40,736 nt of DNA, taken from assembly GCA_018715385.1 (NCBI GenBank), contig DVLS01000146.1, positions 1-40,736 on the forward strand. The letters are read 5' to 3'. The first letter of the stretch is position 1; each line of letters begins with the position of its first letter. The notes beneath the pieces are model-generated. The model did not search any database, was not told where the DNA came from, and saw only the letters and a list, made by a program, of their open reading frames with translations. Shown in pieces: positions 18,183 through 27,654 of this stretch. The position numbers and the translations under genes were made by a program. This DNA comes from Candidatus Avibacteroides faecavium. GTDB lineage: Bacteria > Bacteroidota > Bacteroidia > Bacteroidales > Bacteroidaceae.

Positions 18183-18956
18183 TCAAATGGCCTTCAACAT
18201 TCGCCTCCTGAACTCCGAGCAGACAATAGCTGTCGCCATGGCGACATTGAGCGACTCGGGACGCGAACCATCATGGGGGGAAAGCGGTATGGACAGCCTT
18301 TCGCCAATAAAGCACTGCGTCTCGGCAGAGATTCCGTTTCCCTCATTGCCCATGACTATGACAGCGTCATCAGGCAATTCGCTACCATATACATTATCCC
18401 CATCCATGAAAGTCCCGAAGACTTTCATGCTTTCGGGCAGTGCCGGGAAAAATTCCTTGGCCGCACAATAATGCACATTGACCCTTGCAAGCGACCCCAT
18501 CGTGGCCTGAACCACCTTCGGGTTATAGACATCGGCGCTGCCCTCGGAACAAAACAGATGGACTATGCCAAACCAATCGGCAACCCTGATGATTGTACCG
18601 AGATTTCCTGGGTCTTGCACATTGTCGAGGAAAAGGGTCAGTCCGGACAATTGGCCTATGCACACGCCATCATTTGCCGGACGTTTACGAAACAATGCTA
18701 TCACATCCTGCGGGTTCTTCAGCAGGCTCGCTTTCCTGATTTCATCATGCGAAGCCTCGACCAATTCACGACAAGAGCCGAGCCGCACGGCATTCGCTGA
18801 AAGCCATCCAGGATCTGCGGCCACCAATTCGCAGCCAAAGGCATCAATCAAGTCGAGTACGGACTTTCCACCTTCGACTACAAACAGGCCTGTCTCTTCC
18901 CTCCCCTTTTTGGAGTCAAGCGATTTGATTAATTTTATCTTGCTTTTACTGAGCAT
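18183..18956 (-). CDS. TrmH/SpoU-family RNA 2'-O-methyltransferase
   Basis: SPOUT motifs DNVQDPGNLGTIIRVADWFG, VMGNEGNGIS and ESLNVAMATAIV. Confidence 0.9.
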   Translation of the reverse strand: MLSKSKIKLIKSLDSKKGREETGLFVVEGGKSVLDLIDAFGCELVAADPGWLSANAVRLGSCRELVEASHDEIRKASLLKNPQDVIALFRKRPANDGVCIGQLSGLTLFLDNVQDPGNLGTIIRVADWFGIVHLFCSEGSADVYNPKVVQATMGSLARVNVHYCAAKEFFPALPESMKVFGTFMDGDNVYGSELPDDAVIVMGNEGNGISAETQCFIGERLSIPLSPHDGSRPESLNVAMATAIVCSEFRRRMLKAI

Positions 18957-18967
18957 CCTGGATGGTA

Positions 18968-21520
18968 TCAGATTTTCACTTTCTGCGACTTCCCATTGAA
19001 CGTCACCACATAGATACCTTTTTCAAGGGATATGGCAACATCCTCATCAAGGCTACTGTTATATATGCACACCCCATCGATTGTACTAATGATGACGTTG
19101 CACTTCGCTGTCGGGTTTATCAGCAACTGGCCATCAACGACCCTCAGCTGCGCAGCCAATTCTTCTGGAACAATTGACAACGACATATTGACAGACACCG
19201 CATCAGACGGCTCTGATTCAAGTCCTCCCGCCACAGCTTTGACTGTGTAGGAATAATTATGCGACTTGTCCAAGCCTGTGACACGATAGAAATTGTCATA
19301 GATGTCAGTGTAAACCTGGGATGATTCCGCCAAAGGTGCTTTTGCGGCCGATGAACCAGCCGAAATATTATCTATCACAGCCCGCCTTGACAACGTCCCA
19401 ATCTCAAAACACAACGGCTGCCCACCTTGGTCGCAATGCAGCGTGCAAGTCTCCACATCCTCTGTCAGATGGAACTCCTGGTAAGCTATCCACTCACCAC
19501 CTTCGCCTGTCTCGGTTTTCTTCCCGACACCTATATATAATGTACAGTTGTCTGCATTGCCAGAAGACGTAACGTAGGCTCTCGCATCCACCGAAACAGC
19601 AAAGTTTTTCGGCAAAGTTATCTCCGGCGAAACCAGATAGCCTATCGCTGTCGATGTCGCCAACTTGCATTTGCCGCCAGCCTGATAGACTTTGCTGCCT
19701 CTCCACCCAGTCACACCCATGTATTCGTCAAGGCGTGACGAAATGTCGGAATTCGACGGGCTGTCCTCGCTTCCTCCTGTGAACTTAGAGAAGTCTTCAA
19801 ATATGACGGCACCTGGGCTCGGATTAACCCCTTCATCCGTCACTGTCAAGATGTAAGACTCCGCATTGGTGACATACTCCCAATTGGCAGTGAACGCATC
19901 GTCAGTGACCTGTGTCGCAGGCAGAGCCACTGGTTTTGCCAGCGAAAGCTCATTGTAGGTGAAATAGATCACCCCGTTGGTTTCCCTTATGTTTGACACC
20001 GGCCTGTCTGTGTAAGTACCGTCCTTGAACCGTGCGGCTGGAGTGCTTTGATTGGTAAATGAATTGTTGTTTGCCGTCGGGTACAGCTGGTCTTCCTCCG
20101 TCATGGATGAATAATTGTTGTTCGCCGGGACAATGAATGCCCCCTCATCCTCGAAATAAGAATTAACGACATTCGTTTCCCAATCCTCCGCTTTGTAATC
20201 TATGTGGCTGATGAGCATTCCGCTGGCAGGCAAAGCCGAATCCCACCCCGTCTGCTGCCTGTTTTCCAAGACAAAGAACTCGTCACGGTTATCGGGATTG
20301 TAGATAGCATAGGCTTCATTCCTGACATTGAGGTCGGTCAGGCTGAGATTTTCATGGTACTCATCACCCAATTCGGTCGGGGTAAGCCACCCTATGACCA
20401 TCCTCTCATAAGCCGTATAAGAACATGGCGTATATCCTGAATTGTTGTAGCAACCGACATCCATGATGCTGTAGCTCCCATAGCCGCGACCATTCCCCCC
20501 GTTTGAACCGTTGGTGTCATACATATCCATCAGCCCCAGGCAATGCGAGAATTCATGGCAGAACACCCCGATACCGGCGGTGCTCACGACAGAACTGTGC
20601 TCGTTGCCCCGCAACTCGCACGAGCAGGCATAAGGACCGATGGTCTTGCCGTCCTTGACGACAGGATTGTCAAAATAGTAGCGCAAATCCGAAGCGTGCG
20701 GCCAGATGGTGTTGCTGTCAGCCCCGCTGTTCTCACCATAGCCGGCATACATGACAAACACGAGATCGACAATCCCGTCATCATTGTGGTCATATTGACC
20801 GAAATCTATCTCGTCATCAAGGAGGGTGCAGGCCTCGTTGATCATCAAGTCGGCATTGAGGTCGTCACCGCTCCAGCTGTCGTTGCGCCCGTAGAAGCTG
20901 TAGTCATTGGACAAAGTGACCGGGCCATAGACATCAAAATGCGGCTGGAACTGGCCATGCGACTGGGCAAAGAAATAGTCATAGGCACTGCCATAGGACT
21001 CGCCCGAATAGTCCACCTCATTGAGCATACTGTCAAACCGCGCATTGTCGTTGCCGCTCTCAAACCTCCTGTCGTTGAACTCCACAAGGATGACAAGCCC
21101 CCTCACCTCGCCTTCGTTGGGGAAAGCCGGGATTTTGTTAACCGACTTGCTAGCCAAGCTCTTCACCCTCTTGATCTGCTGCCACTCGGCTGCCTGCACG
21201 GCGACACCGTCCTCAAGCAGGCCTTTGACGAATGCCTGCTCGGCGTCGTCACGTGACTGGGGATTGCTCGCCGGCATGGGGCTCAGCACTTCCCCCGCGC
21301 CGGCATATCCAGTTATGTACCGGTAACAGCCGCTTCCGTCAACATTGACCGGCAAGCCGTCAACCGTACTGAGGTAGTGCGCGTGCTCATCCCCCGTCAG
21401 CACCAATGTCAGCTTGCTGCCATCGGGTTGAAGCACTGTGAAAGGTGTCCTGTCCGCCGGTGCCGCACTGGCAAACGCGGCAAACAGCGATGCGATGATG
21501 ATTGTGGATGTCTTCTTCAT
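18968..21520 (-). CDS. M6-like (immune inhibitor A-type) secreted metalloprotease with T9SS C-terminal sorting domain
   Basis: HEXXH motif in VFCHEFSHCLG and signal peptide MKKTSTIIIASLFAAFASAAPA from the ATG at 21520. The ORF-track extension to 21862 runs into the recF promoter region. The C-terminal VVDGQLLI...GIYVVTFNGKSQKVKI is T9SS CTD-like. Family assignment is less certain than the coding call. Confidence 0.85.
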   Translation of the reverse strand: MKKTSTIIIASLFAAFASAAPADRTPFTVLQPDGSKLTLVLTGDEHAHYLSTVDGLPVNVDGSGCYRYITGYAGAGEVLSPMPASNPQSRDDAEQAFVKGLLEDGVAVQAAEWQQIKRVKSLASKSVNKIPAFPNEGEVRGLVILVEFNDRRFESGNDNARFDSMLNEVDYSGESYGSAYDYFFAQSHGQFQPHFDVYGPVTLSNDYSFYGRNDSWSGDDLNADLMINEACTLLDDEIDFGQYDHNDDGIVDLVFVMYAGYGENSGADSNTIWPHASDLRYYFDNPVVKDGKTIGPYACSCELRGNEHSSVVSTAGIGVFCHEFSHCLGLMDMYDTNGSNGGNGRGYGSYSIMDVGCYNNSGYTPCSYTAYERMVIGWLTPTELGDEYHENLSLTDLNVRNEAYAIYNPDNRDEFFVLENRQQTGWDSALPASGMLISHIDYKAEDWETNVVNSYFEDEGAFIVPANNNYSSMTEEDQLYPTANNNSFTNQSTPAARFKDGTYTDRPVSNIRETNGVIYFTYNELSLAKPVALPATQVTDDAFTANWEYVTNAESYILTVTDEGVNPSPGAVIFEDFSKFTGGSEDSPSNSDISSRLDEYMGVTGWRGSKVYQAGGKCKLATSTAIGYLVSPEITLPKNFAVSVDARAYVTSSGNADNCTLYIGVGKKTETGEGGEWIAYQEFHLTEDVETCTLHCDQGGQPLCFEIGTLSRRAVIDNISAGSSAAKAPLAESSQVYTDIYDNFYRVTGLDKSHNYSYTVKAVAGGLESEPSDAVSVNMSLSIVPEELAAQLRVVDGQLLINPTAKCNVIISTIDGVCIYNSSLDEDVAISLEKGIYVVTFNGKSQKVKI

Positions 21521-21705
21521 TATGATGTCTTTTTGTTCTGTGCTTGATTGTGCCACGTTGCAAATTAAGCTAAAAAACAAGGAACTAACAAAGGGATGCC
21601 ATGCCTCGTCCGCATTGTCCCGCCACATCCCCGCCGGGGTGATGCCAATCCCCGCGCGGCGACGTTTAGCAGCGGTTGCATTTGGAGATACGATGACAAT
21701 CATCC

Positions 21706-21713
21706 TATTTTTG
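21706..21713 (+). promoter_or_regulatory. -7 promoter box (TATTTTTG) for recF
   Basis: Exact TAnnTTTG, 21 nt upstream of the ATG at 21735. Confidence 0.55.
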
Positions 21714-21734
21714 CACCAACCAAACAGGCACGCG

Positions 21735-22832
21735 ATGATTATCAAAAGGCTGTCAATACTCAATTTCAAGAACATCACCACAGCAGACATCACCTTCTCG
21801 CCCAAGCTGAACTGCCTCTTCGGGCTGAACGGCATGGGCAAGACCAACCTGCTCGATGCCATCTACTACCTGTCGTTTTGCAAAAGCTCGATAAACCACA
21901 TCGACAGCCAGAACATCAAGCACGACGCAGACTTCTTCATGATCAACGGCACATACGACGACGCAGGCAACGAGACGGACATCTATTGCGGGTTGAAGAA
22001 GAGGCACAAGAAGATCTTCAAACGCAACGGCAAGGAGTACAAGAAGTTTTCCGAGCACATCGGCCAGATTCCCCTCGTGATAATCTCCCCCGCAGACGGG
22101 ATGCTCATCGCCGGCGGCAGCGAGGAGCGGAGACGGTTCATCGACATGGTAATCTCACAGCACGACAAGCAGTATCTCAACGCCCTCATCCGATATGAGA
22201 AGGCTCTCATGCAACGCAACGCCATGCTAAAGGCGGATGTCCAGGCGGGAGATGCCGACTATGAGATATGGGAAGAGATGATGGCCATCTATGGCAAGGC
22301 CATCAGCGACAAACGCTCGGCATTCATCGGCGAATTCATCGACTACTTCAACGAGCTATACAGCTACATCTCGTCGGACAACGAGGAGGTCTCGCTCAAA
22401 TACACCTCACACTGCCTGGAAGGAGACCTCAAGCAACAGCTCGCGGACACGAGGGAGAGGGACAAATTGATAGGCTTCACCACACGCGGCACGCACCGTG
22501 ACGACCTTGAGATGCTGCTCGGCGTCTACCCCATCAGGAAGGAGGGGTCGCAGGGCCAGAACAAGACATTCATCATAGCGTTGAAACTCGCCCAATACAC
22601 CTATCTCGACCGCAAAGGGCTCACCAAGCCGCTGCTGCTGCTCGATGACATCTTTGACAAACTTGACGGCACAAGGGTCGAAAAGATCGTGCGCCTCGTC
22701 GCCGGCGACGCATTCGGACAGATCTTCATCACCGACACCGACAGGAGAAGGTTTGACCCGATACTCGAAAAGTTGGACAAGGACTACAAGACATTCAATG
22801 TCAGCCAAGGCGACATAACACCTGAGGAGTGA
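21735..22832 (+). CDS. recF: DNA replication/repair protein RecF
   Basis: MIIKRLSILNFKN start, Walker A GLNGMGKTNLLDAI and Walker B LLLLDDIFDKLD. The ORF-track start 21438 lies upstream of the promoter box. Confidence 0.93.
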   Translation: MIIKRLSILNFKNITTADITFSPKLNCLFGLNGMGKTNLLDAIYYLSFCKSSINHIDSQNIKHDADFFMINGTYDDAGNETDIYCGLKKRHKKIFKRNGKEYKKFSEHIGQIPLVIISPADGMLIAGGSEERRRFIDMVISQHDKQYLNALIRYEKALMQRNAMLKADVQAGDADYEIWEEMMAIYGKAISDKRSAFIGEFIDYFNELYSYISSDNEEVSLKYTSHCLEGDLKQQLADTRERDKLIGFTTRGTHRDDLEMLLGVYPIRKEGSQGQNKTFIIALKLAQYTYLDRKGLTKPLLLLDDIFDKLDGTRVEKIVRLVAGDAFGQIFITDTDRRRFDPILEKLDKDYKTFNVSQGDITPEE

Positions 22833-22838
22833 CACGAC

Positions 22839-23126
22839 ATGGGCAAAGAGGCACAATCGATAGGCGACGCCCTGCGCAAGTTCCTGCGCCAGGAAGGGCT
22901 TGAGACACCGCTCAACGAACACAGGCTCATCGCCGCATGGCCCGAGGCGGTGGGCAGGACAGTCGCAGAGAGGAGCAAAGCCGTGGCCATCAGGGGAGGC
23001 GTACTGCACGTCCAGGTGACATCCGCACCGCTGAGGAACTCGCTCGTCTACAACCGCTCCATCCTCGTCGAGAGGCTCAATGCCGCCGTCGGGGCGCACG
23101 TCATCGACGACATCACATTCCATTGA
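22839..23126 (+). CDS. DUF721 (DciA-like) domain protein
   Basis: 95 aa directly after recF, as is usual in Bacteroidota. It shows the typical W...VG......S....I..GVL.V.V.S...R..L pattern. Confidence 0.85.
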   Translation: MGKEAQSIGDALRKFLRQEGLETPLNEHRLIAAWPEAVGRTVAERSKAVAIRGGVLHVQVTSAPLRNSLVYNRSILVERLNAAVGAHVIDDITFH

Positions 23127-23223
23127 GAGGGACGGCAGGCCGCAGGCCGGGACGCGCGAGCACAAGCCCCGTGCGGCAAAGGCACTTCGTCCCGGCCAGA
23201 GACACGCCGTGTTTTTGACATTA

Positions 23224-23334
23224 GCATACGATGATTTCACCAGAAACATAGGATGATTTTGACCAAAACATACAATGTTTTAGGCTATAGCATACAATGA
23301 TTTCCAGCATTACATCGTATGTTTTCCAGCGGTG
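23224..23334. repeat. Family-2 22-bp-phased repeat array, copy A (five units, reverse orientation relative to 28987-29096)
   Basis: Cores CATACGATG 23225, CATAGGATG 23247, CATACAATG 23269, CATACAATG 23291 and CATCGTATG 23313, with exact 22-bp spacing. Confidence 0.85.
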
Positions 23335-23512
23335 CGTCCAGGGCATTCTCCAGGCACTCCGGGAGACCGGCGCGGCGGAGTGCTTTGCAAGTGCGACTTA
23401 CAAAGGGCGTTTTCGGCTAATACATCCAATGCTTGTGCTCGACACATAAGGTGAAAGTGACGGCATCACCACCCTTTCGCCGCGCGACGCTTGCCAGTGA
23501 TGGGGATTGGGT

Positions 23513-23520
23513 TATATTTG
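23513..23520 (+). promoter_or_regulatory. -7 promoter box (TATATTTG) for the GH2 gene
   Basis: Exact TAnnTTTG, 18 nt upstream of the ATG at 23539. Confidence 0.55.
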
Positions 23521-23538
23521 CAAACAAACATTAAACCG

Positions 23539-25593
23539 ATGCCGATGGATTTGAGACCGACCACACTGCTACTGGCCACGATGCTCGCGCTGCACGCCAC
23601 GGGTGTTTCCGCCCAACGCATACAGATCCCCATGGACGAGGACTGGACATTCCACCTCTCACAAGATGTCGAGCGGCTCTCTGCACGCCGCGTGGACCTG
23701 CCGCACACTTGGAATGCCCAGGACGCGCTGGCAGGGCGCATCGATTACAAGCGTGGCATAGGCAACTATGAAAAGGTGCTGCACGTCCCGCATGAATGGC
23801 AAGGCAAGAGGATATTCCTCCGTTTTGAGGGGGCAAACAGTGTCGCAGACATTTTCATCAACGGCATCCACTCGGGACGCCACAAGGGGGGCTACGGGGC
23901 ATTCGTCGTCGAGGTGACGGACAAGGTGGCATACGGGCAGGACAACACCGTGCTCGCACGTGTCAACAATGGTGAAAATCTCGAAGTGATGCCTCTGACG
24001 GGTGATTTCAACTTCTATGGCGGGCTTTACCGTGGCGTGCAAGTCATCGTCACCCCGCCAGCCTGCCTGTCGCCGCTCGACCACGGTTCACCGGGGGTGC
24101 GCCTCATGCAAGACAGCGTGCGGCATGACTTCGCCAGGGTGCGAGCCATCGTCGATGTGTCCAATGCCAACGACATGGCACGTCAGGCGGTGTTGCGCCT
24201 GCGGCTGCTCGACGGCGACGAGGAGGTGCTGCGCAAGGACACCGCCATCCGCATGGAGCAGGGGGCGGCGCAGTCCCATGAGATAGGTTTCACCCTGCGC
24301 GACCCGCATCTGTGGGACGGGCGCGAGGATCCATTCCTATACACGGTCGAGGTGGCGTTGCTCGTCAATGGCGCGGTGTCAGATGCCGTGAGGCAAAAGC
24401 TTGGACTGCGCTACTTTGACATAGATCCTGACAGGGGATTCTTCCTGAATGGCCGCCATTTGCGACTGAAGGGCGTCTGCCGGCATCAGGACAGGGCCGA
24501 GAGAGGCAACGCCCTGCTGCCCGCACATCACGACGAGGACGCGGCAATCATCGCCGACATAGGGGCAAACGCGGTGCGTGCCGCCCACTACCCGCAGGCT
24601 GAGCGTTTCTATGACCTGATGGACAGCCTCGGGATCTTCGTCTGGGCGGAGATACCATTCGTAGGGCCGGGCGGCTACAACGGCAAAGGTTTTGTCAACA
24701 CCACCGAGTTCAAGGAGAACGGGAAGGAGCAATTGCGCGAGATGATCAGACAGCACGGCAACCATCCATCAATCTGCGTCTGGGGACTGTTCAACGAGCT
24801 GACGATGACGGGCGACGATCCGACCGATTACGTAAGAGAACTCAACGACCTCGCCCATGCCGAAGACCCGACACGTCCGACCACAGCGGCGTCCAACTGC
24901 GACGGCGAAATCAATTTCATCACAGACCTCATGGCCTGGAACCGTTATGACGGGTGGTACGGCGGCACTCCGGCACAGTTGGGGGAATGGCTGGACAAGA
25001 CACACGCCGAGCATCCGCAGCTGAGGATTGGCGTGAGCGAATACGGAGCAGGGGCAAGCATCTATCACCAACAGGACACGCTGGTCAAACCTGCGCCCGT
25101 CAGCTGGTGGCATCCGGAGAATTGGCAGACACACTACCACATCGAGAGCTGGAGGGAAATATCTTCCCGCCCGTTTGTCTGGGGGAGTTTCATCTGGAAT
25201 CTTTTCGACTTCGGCGCAGCACACCGCCACGAGGGCGACCGCCCGGGGATAAACGACAAAGGGCTAGTGACCTTTGACAGGAAAACGAAGAAAGACGCAT
25301 ACTACTTCTACAAAGCCAACTGGGACGAGACCGAGCCAATGCTGTACCTTGCAGGGAAGCGGTGCACGACGAGGAACAAAGCCATGCAGCAATTCATGGC
25401 ATTCACCAACCTTCCGGAAGCCGAGCTCATAGTCAACGGGCAGAGCCAAGGCAAGGCAAAGGCCAACAGCCTCTGCGTCGTGCGGTGGGAGAACGTGCAA
25501 CTCAAGCCCGGTGAAAACACCATCGAGGTCAGGGGCAAGGATGGCAAGACCAGGCTGGAGGACTCCTACCGCTGCACCCTGCAAGCCAAATAA
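23539..25593 (+). CDS. Glycoside hydrolase family 2 (beta-galactosidase/beta-glucuronidase-like)
   Basis: Signal peptide MPMDLRPTTLLLATMLALHATGVSA. GH2 sugar-binding N-domain pattern is present. Catalytic contexts are WGLFNE (acid/base) and IGVSEYGAGA (nucleophile). The ORF-track start 23491 is TTG and lies upstream of the promoter box. Confidence 0.9.
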   Translation: MPMDLRPTTLLLATMLALHATGVSAQRIQIPMDEDWTFHLSQDVERLSARRVDLPHTWNAQDALAGRIDYKRGIGNYEKVLHVPHEWQGKRIFLRFEGANSVADIFINGIHSGRHKGGYGAFVVEVTDKVAYGQDNTVLARVNNGENLEVMPLTGDFNFYGGLYRGVQVIVTPPACLSPLDHGSPGVRLMQDSVRHDFARVRAIVDVSNANDMARQAVLRLRLLDGDEEVLRKDTAIRMEQGAAQSHEIGFTLRDPHLWDGREDPFLYTVEVALLVNGAVSDAVRQKLGLRYFDIDPDRGFFLNGRHLRLKGVCRHQDRAERGNALLPAHHDEDAAIIADIGANAVRAAHYPQAERFYDLMDSLGIFVWAEIPFVGPGGYNGKGFVNTTEFKENGKEQLREMIRQHGNHPSICVWGLFNELTMTGDDPTDYVRELNDLAHAEDPTRPTTAASNCDGEINFITDLMAWNRYDGWYGGTPAQLGEWLDKTHAEHPQLRIGVSEYGAGASIYHQQDTLVKPAPVSWWHPENWQTHYHIESWREISSRPFVWGSFIWNLFDFGAAHRHEGDRPGINDKGLVTFDRKTKKDAYYFYKANWDETEPMLYLAGKRCTTRNKAMQQFMAFTNLPEAELIVNGQSQGKAKANSLCVVRWENVQLKPGENTIEVRGKDGKTRLEDSYRCTLQAK

Positions 25594-25622
25594 AGCAGAC
25601 ATCTGGTTTTGAGATAAAACAC

Positions 25623-25630
25623 TAACTTTG
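25623..25630 (+). promoter_or_regulatory. -7 promoter box (TAACTTTG) for udk
   Basis: Exact TAnnTTTG, 25 nt upstream of the ATG at 25656. Confidence 0.5.
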
Positions 25631-25655
25631 TGAACAAGCATAAACTGATGAAATC

Positions 25656-26273
25656 ATGCTCATAATAGGAATCGCCGGAGGCACTGGCTCCGGCAAGACG
25701 ACCGTAGTAAGAAACCTCGTGGAGAAACTCCCGGCAGGCGAAGTCGTCGTGCTGCCGCAAGACTCCTACTACAAGGACAGCAGCAACGTGCCGCCCGAGA
25801 AAAGGCAAAGCATAAACTTCGACCACCCGAATGCCTTTGACTGGGATTTACTGTACGAACACCTGGCTCTGCTCAAAGAACACAAGCCGATTGAGCAGCC
25901 TGTCTATTCCTTCCTGACCTGCACGCGCCAAAATGAAACAACCCACATCGAGCCGAAAGATGTCATAATCATCGAGGGGATACTCGCGCTGAGCGACGAG
26001 CGGCTGCGCAGCCTCATGGACTTGAAAGTGTTTGTCGATGCCGACTCCGACGAAAGGTTGATCCGCGTCATCCAAAGGGACGTCATTGAGAGAGGCAGGA
26101 CAGCCGAGGCGGTCATGGAACGCTACACCCGCGTGCTCAAGCCGATGCACCTGCAATTCATCGAGCCGACAAAACGCTATGCGGACTTGATAATCCCAGA
26201 GGGCGGCAACAACAAGGTGGCTGTTGACATCCTCTGCCAATACATAGAAAGAAACCTGAAAACCAATCAGTGA
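25656..26273 (+). CDS. udk: Uridine kinase
   Basis: 205 aa with P-loop IGIAGGTGSGKTT and DHPNAFD and EGIL motifs. Confidence 0.93.
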   Translation: MLIIGIAGGTGSGKTTVVRNLVEKLPAGEVVVLPQDSYYKDSSNVPPEKRQSINFDHPNAFDWDLLYEHLALLKEHKPIEQPVYSFLTCTRQNETTHIEPKDVIIIEGILALSDERLRSLMDLKVFVDADSDERLIRVIQRDVIERGRTAEAVMERYTRVLKPMHLQFIEPTKRYADLIIPEGGNNKVAVDILCQYIERNLKTNQ

Positions 26274-27595
26274 TGAAAGCCTATGCCTTGCTCCTGCCGC
26301 TCGTCATGATGCTGCTGTCGGCATCATGCGGCAGGAGCGACAAGGCAAAAGGCGGTGCGACGCCCAAAGACGACTTGACGCTGACGGTCGTGACATTCGC
26401 CCCACCGGCTTTCATGAACGACATCGGAGCAGCAGGATGCGACTATCATCTCGACTTGCTCACGGGATTCGCTGACGAGCACCACTTGCCGCTCAAGGTG
26501 GTCAGGACTTCGTCGGTCGATTCCATCTACCACCTGCTTGACAACGGCGTTTGCCAACTCGCCGCCTATGACATCATGCCGCACGCGGGCTACCAAGCCT
26601 GCGGCGACAGCATCTTCTCATCGCTCGTCATCGTCAGACACGGCACACCTGATGATGCGGAACCGCCCACATGGCTGGAGGGGAAAACGGTGCACTACCT
26701 ATATGAAACGCAACGGAAGAGGCTGGATGCCTACCGCGAAGAGACGGGTCTGGACTTCAAGCCAACGCCATTTGAAGGTGGCATGGACGATGCCTTTGAA
26801 GCTATAAGCAGTGGGGACATAGAGATGCTCGCCTGCCACGACTTCATGGCCATCCCCTACCTATATATATATCCTGAGCTTGACATATCGACCACGTTGT
26901 CCTTCCCGTTCAACATGGCATGGTGCGCGGTTGATGATTCGCTGGCAAACCTTGTAGACCAATGGTTCGGTCAAAAAAGAGGCAGAGCCACACGCACGGA
27001 GTGCCTTTACGCCTGCATTGCCAACTCGGGCAAAAGCGACTTCAGGCTGATGGACAAACGCGCAGGCAGGGTGTCGCCCTATGACCATCTGTTCAAAAAA
27101 TATGCAAAGCGCATTGGCTGGGACTGGAAGCTCCTTGCCGCCCTCGCCCACTCTGAGTCAAATTTCGACCCAGAGCAAGTCTCACCATCGGGAGCAATCG
27201 GGCTTATGCAACTGATGCCCATCACCGCCAAAGCGCATGGATATAGAAAAGAAGACCTCTTCAAACCAGAACAAAACCTGCACATAGCTTCGTTGTATAT
27301 ACAAACGTTGCAAAAATATTTTTCCAAGATACCTGCCGACGAGAGGTTTAAATTCATCCTCGGCGCATACAATTCCGGCATCGGGCACATACAGGATGCC
27401 ATTGCCTTGGCACGGAGCCACGGAGGCAACCCCGCATCATGGGACGATGTCATCAAGTATCTCATGCTCAAAAACGAGGAACGCTACTACAACGACCCCG
27501 CCTGCAAACACGGCAGCTTTAATGGAAATGAAACATACAGACTGGTGAAAAAAACTTTAGATACCTATTATTTTTACCAGAGCAGCATTCAATGA
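26273..27595 (+). CDS. MltF-like lytic murein transglycosylase (periplasmic-binding-like N-domain + SLT domain)
   Basis: Signal/lipobox MKAYALLLPLVMMLLSASC and the SLT catalytic region AHSESNFDPEQVSPSGAIGLMQLMP. The ATG at 26273 overlaps the udk stop (TGATG); the track start 26270 is GTG. Confidence 0.88.
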   Translation: MKAYALLLPLVMMLLSASCGRSDKAKGGATPKDDLTLTVVTFAPPAFMNDIGAAGCDYHLDLLTGFADEHHLPLKVVRTSSVDSIYHLLDNGVCQLAAYDIMPHAGYQACGDSIFSSLVIVRHGTPDDAEPPTWLEGKTVHYLYETQRKRLDAYREETGLDFKPTPFEGGMDDAFEAISSGDIEMLACHDFMAIPYLYIYPELDISTTLSFPFNMAWCAVDDSLANLVDQWFGQKRGRATRTECLYACIANSGKSDFRLMDKRAGRVSPYDHLFKKYAKRIGWDWKLLAALAHSESNFDPEQVSPSGAIGLMQLMPITAKAHGYRKEDLFKPEQNLHIASLYIQTLQKYFSKIPADERFKFILGAYNSGIGHIQDAIALARSHGGNPASWDDVIKYLMLKNEERYYNDPACKHGSFNGNETYRLVKKTLDTYYFYQSSIQ

Positions 27596-27608
27596 CAACA
27601 AAAAGTAG

Positions 27609-27616
27609 TATGTTTG
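27609..27616 (+). promoter_or_regulatory. -7 promoter box (TATGTTTG) for the OmpA-family gene
   Basis: Exact TAnnTTTG, 38 nt upstream of the ATG at 27655. Confidence 0.5.
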
Positions 27617-27654
27617 CGTAAAGTTTGGAGAGAAACTATTAAAACATACTTTTT

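Noticed and set aside
21438-21862. Long N-terminal extensions suggested by the ORF track for recF (from 21438) and the M6-like protease (to 21862), which would overlap each other divergently.
   Set aside because: Internal ATGs give a canonical RecF N-terminus (MIIKRLSILNFKN) preceded by a TAnnTTTG box, and a canonical signal peptide (MKKTSTIII...) for the protease. The extensions have no supporting features.
23145-23216. Intrinsic terminator directly after the DUF721 gene.
   Set aside because: The GGCCGGGACG/CGTCCCGGCC stem encloses a 33-nt loop and is not followed directly by a T-tract. The small ACAC-GCC-GTGT-TTTTT hairpin is only 4 bp. It is plausible but too weak to list as a feature.
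23224-23334. CRISPR-array interpretation of the 21/22-bp phased arrays (all six loci).
   Set aside because: The period is only 21-22 bp, with ~9-11-nt conserved cores and ~10-13-nt variable parts. That is far shorter than any repeat-spacer unit. There are only 3-5 units per locus, and no cas genes or leader.
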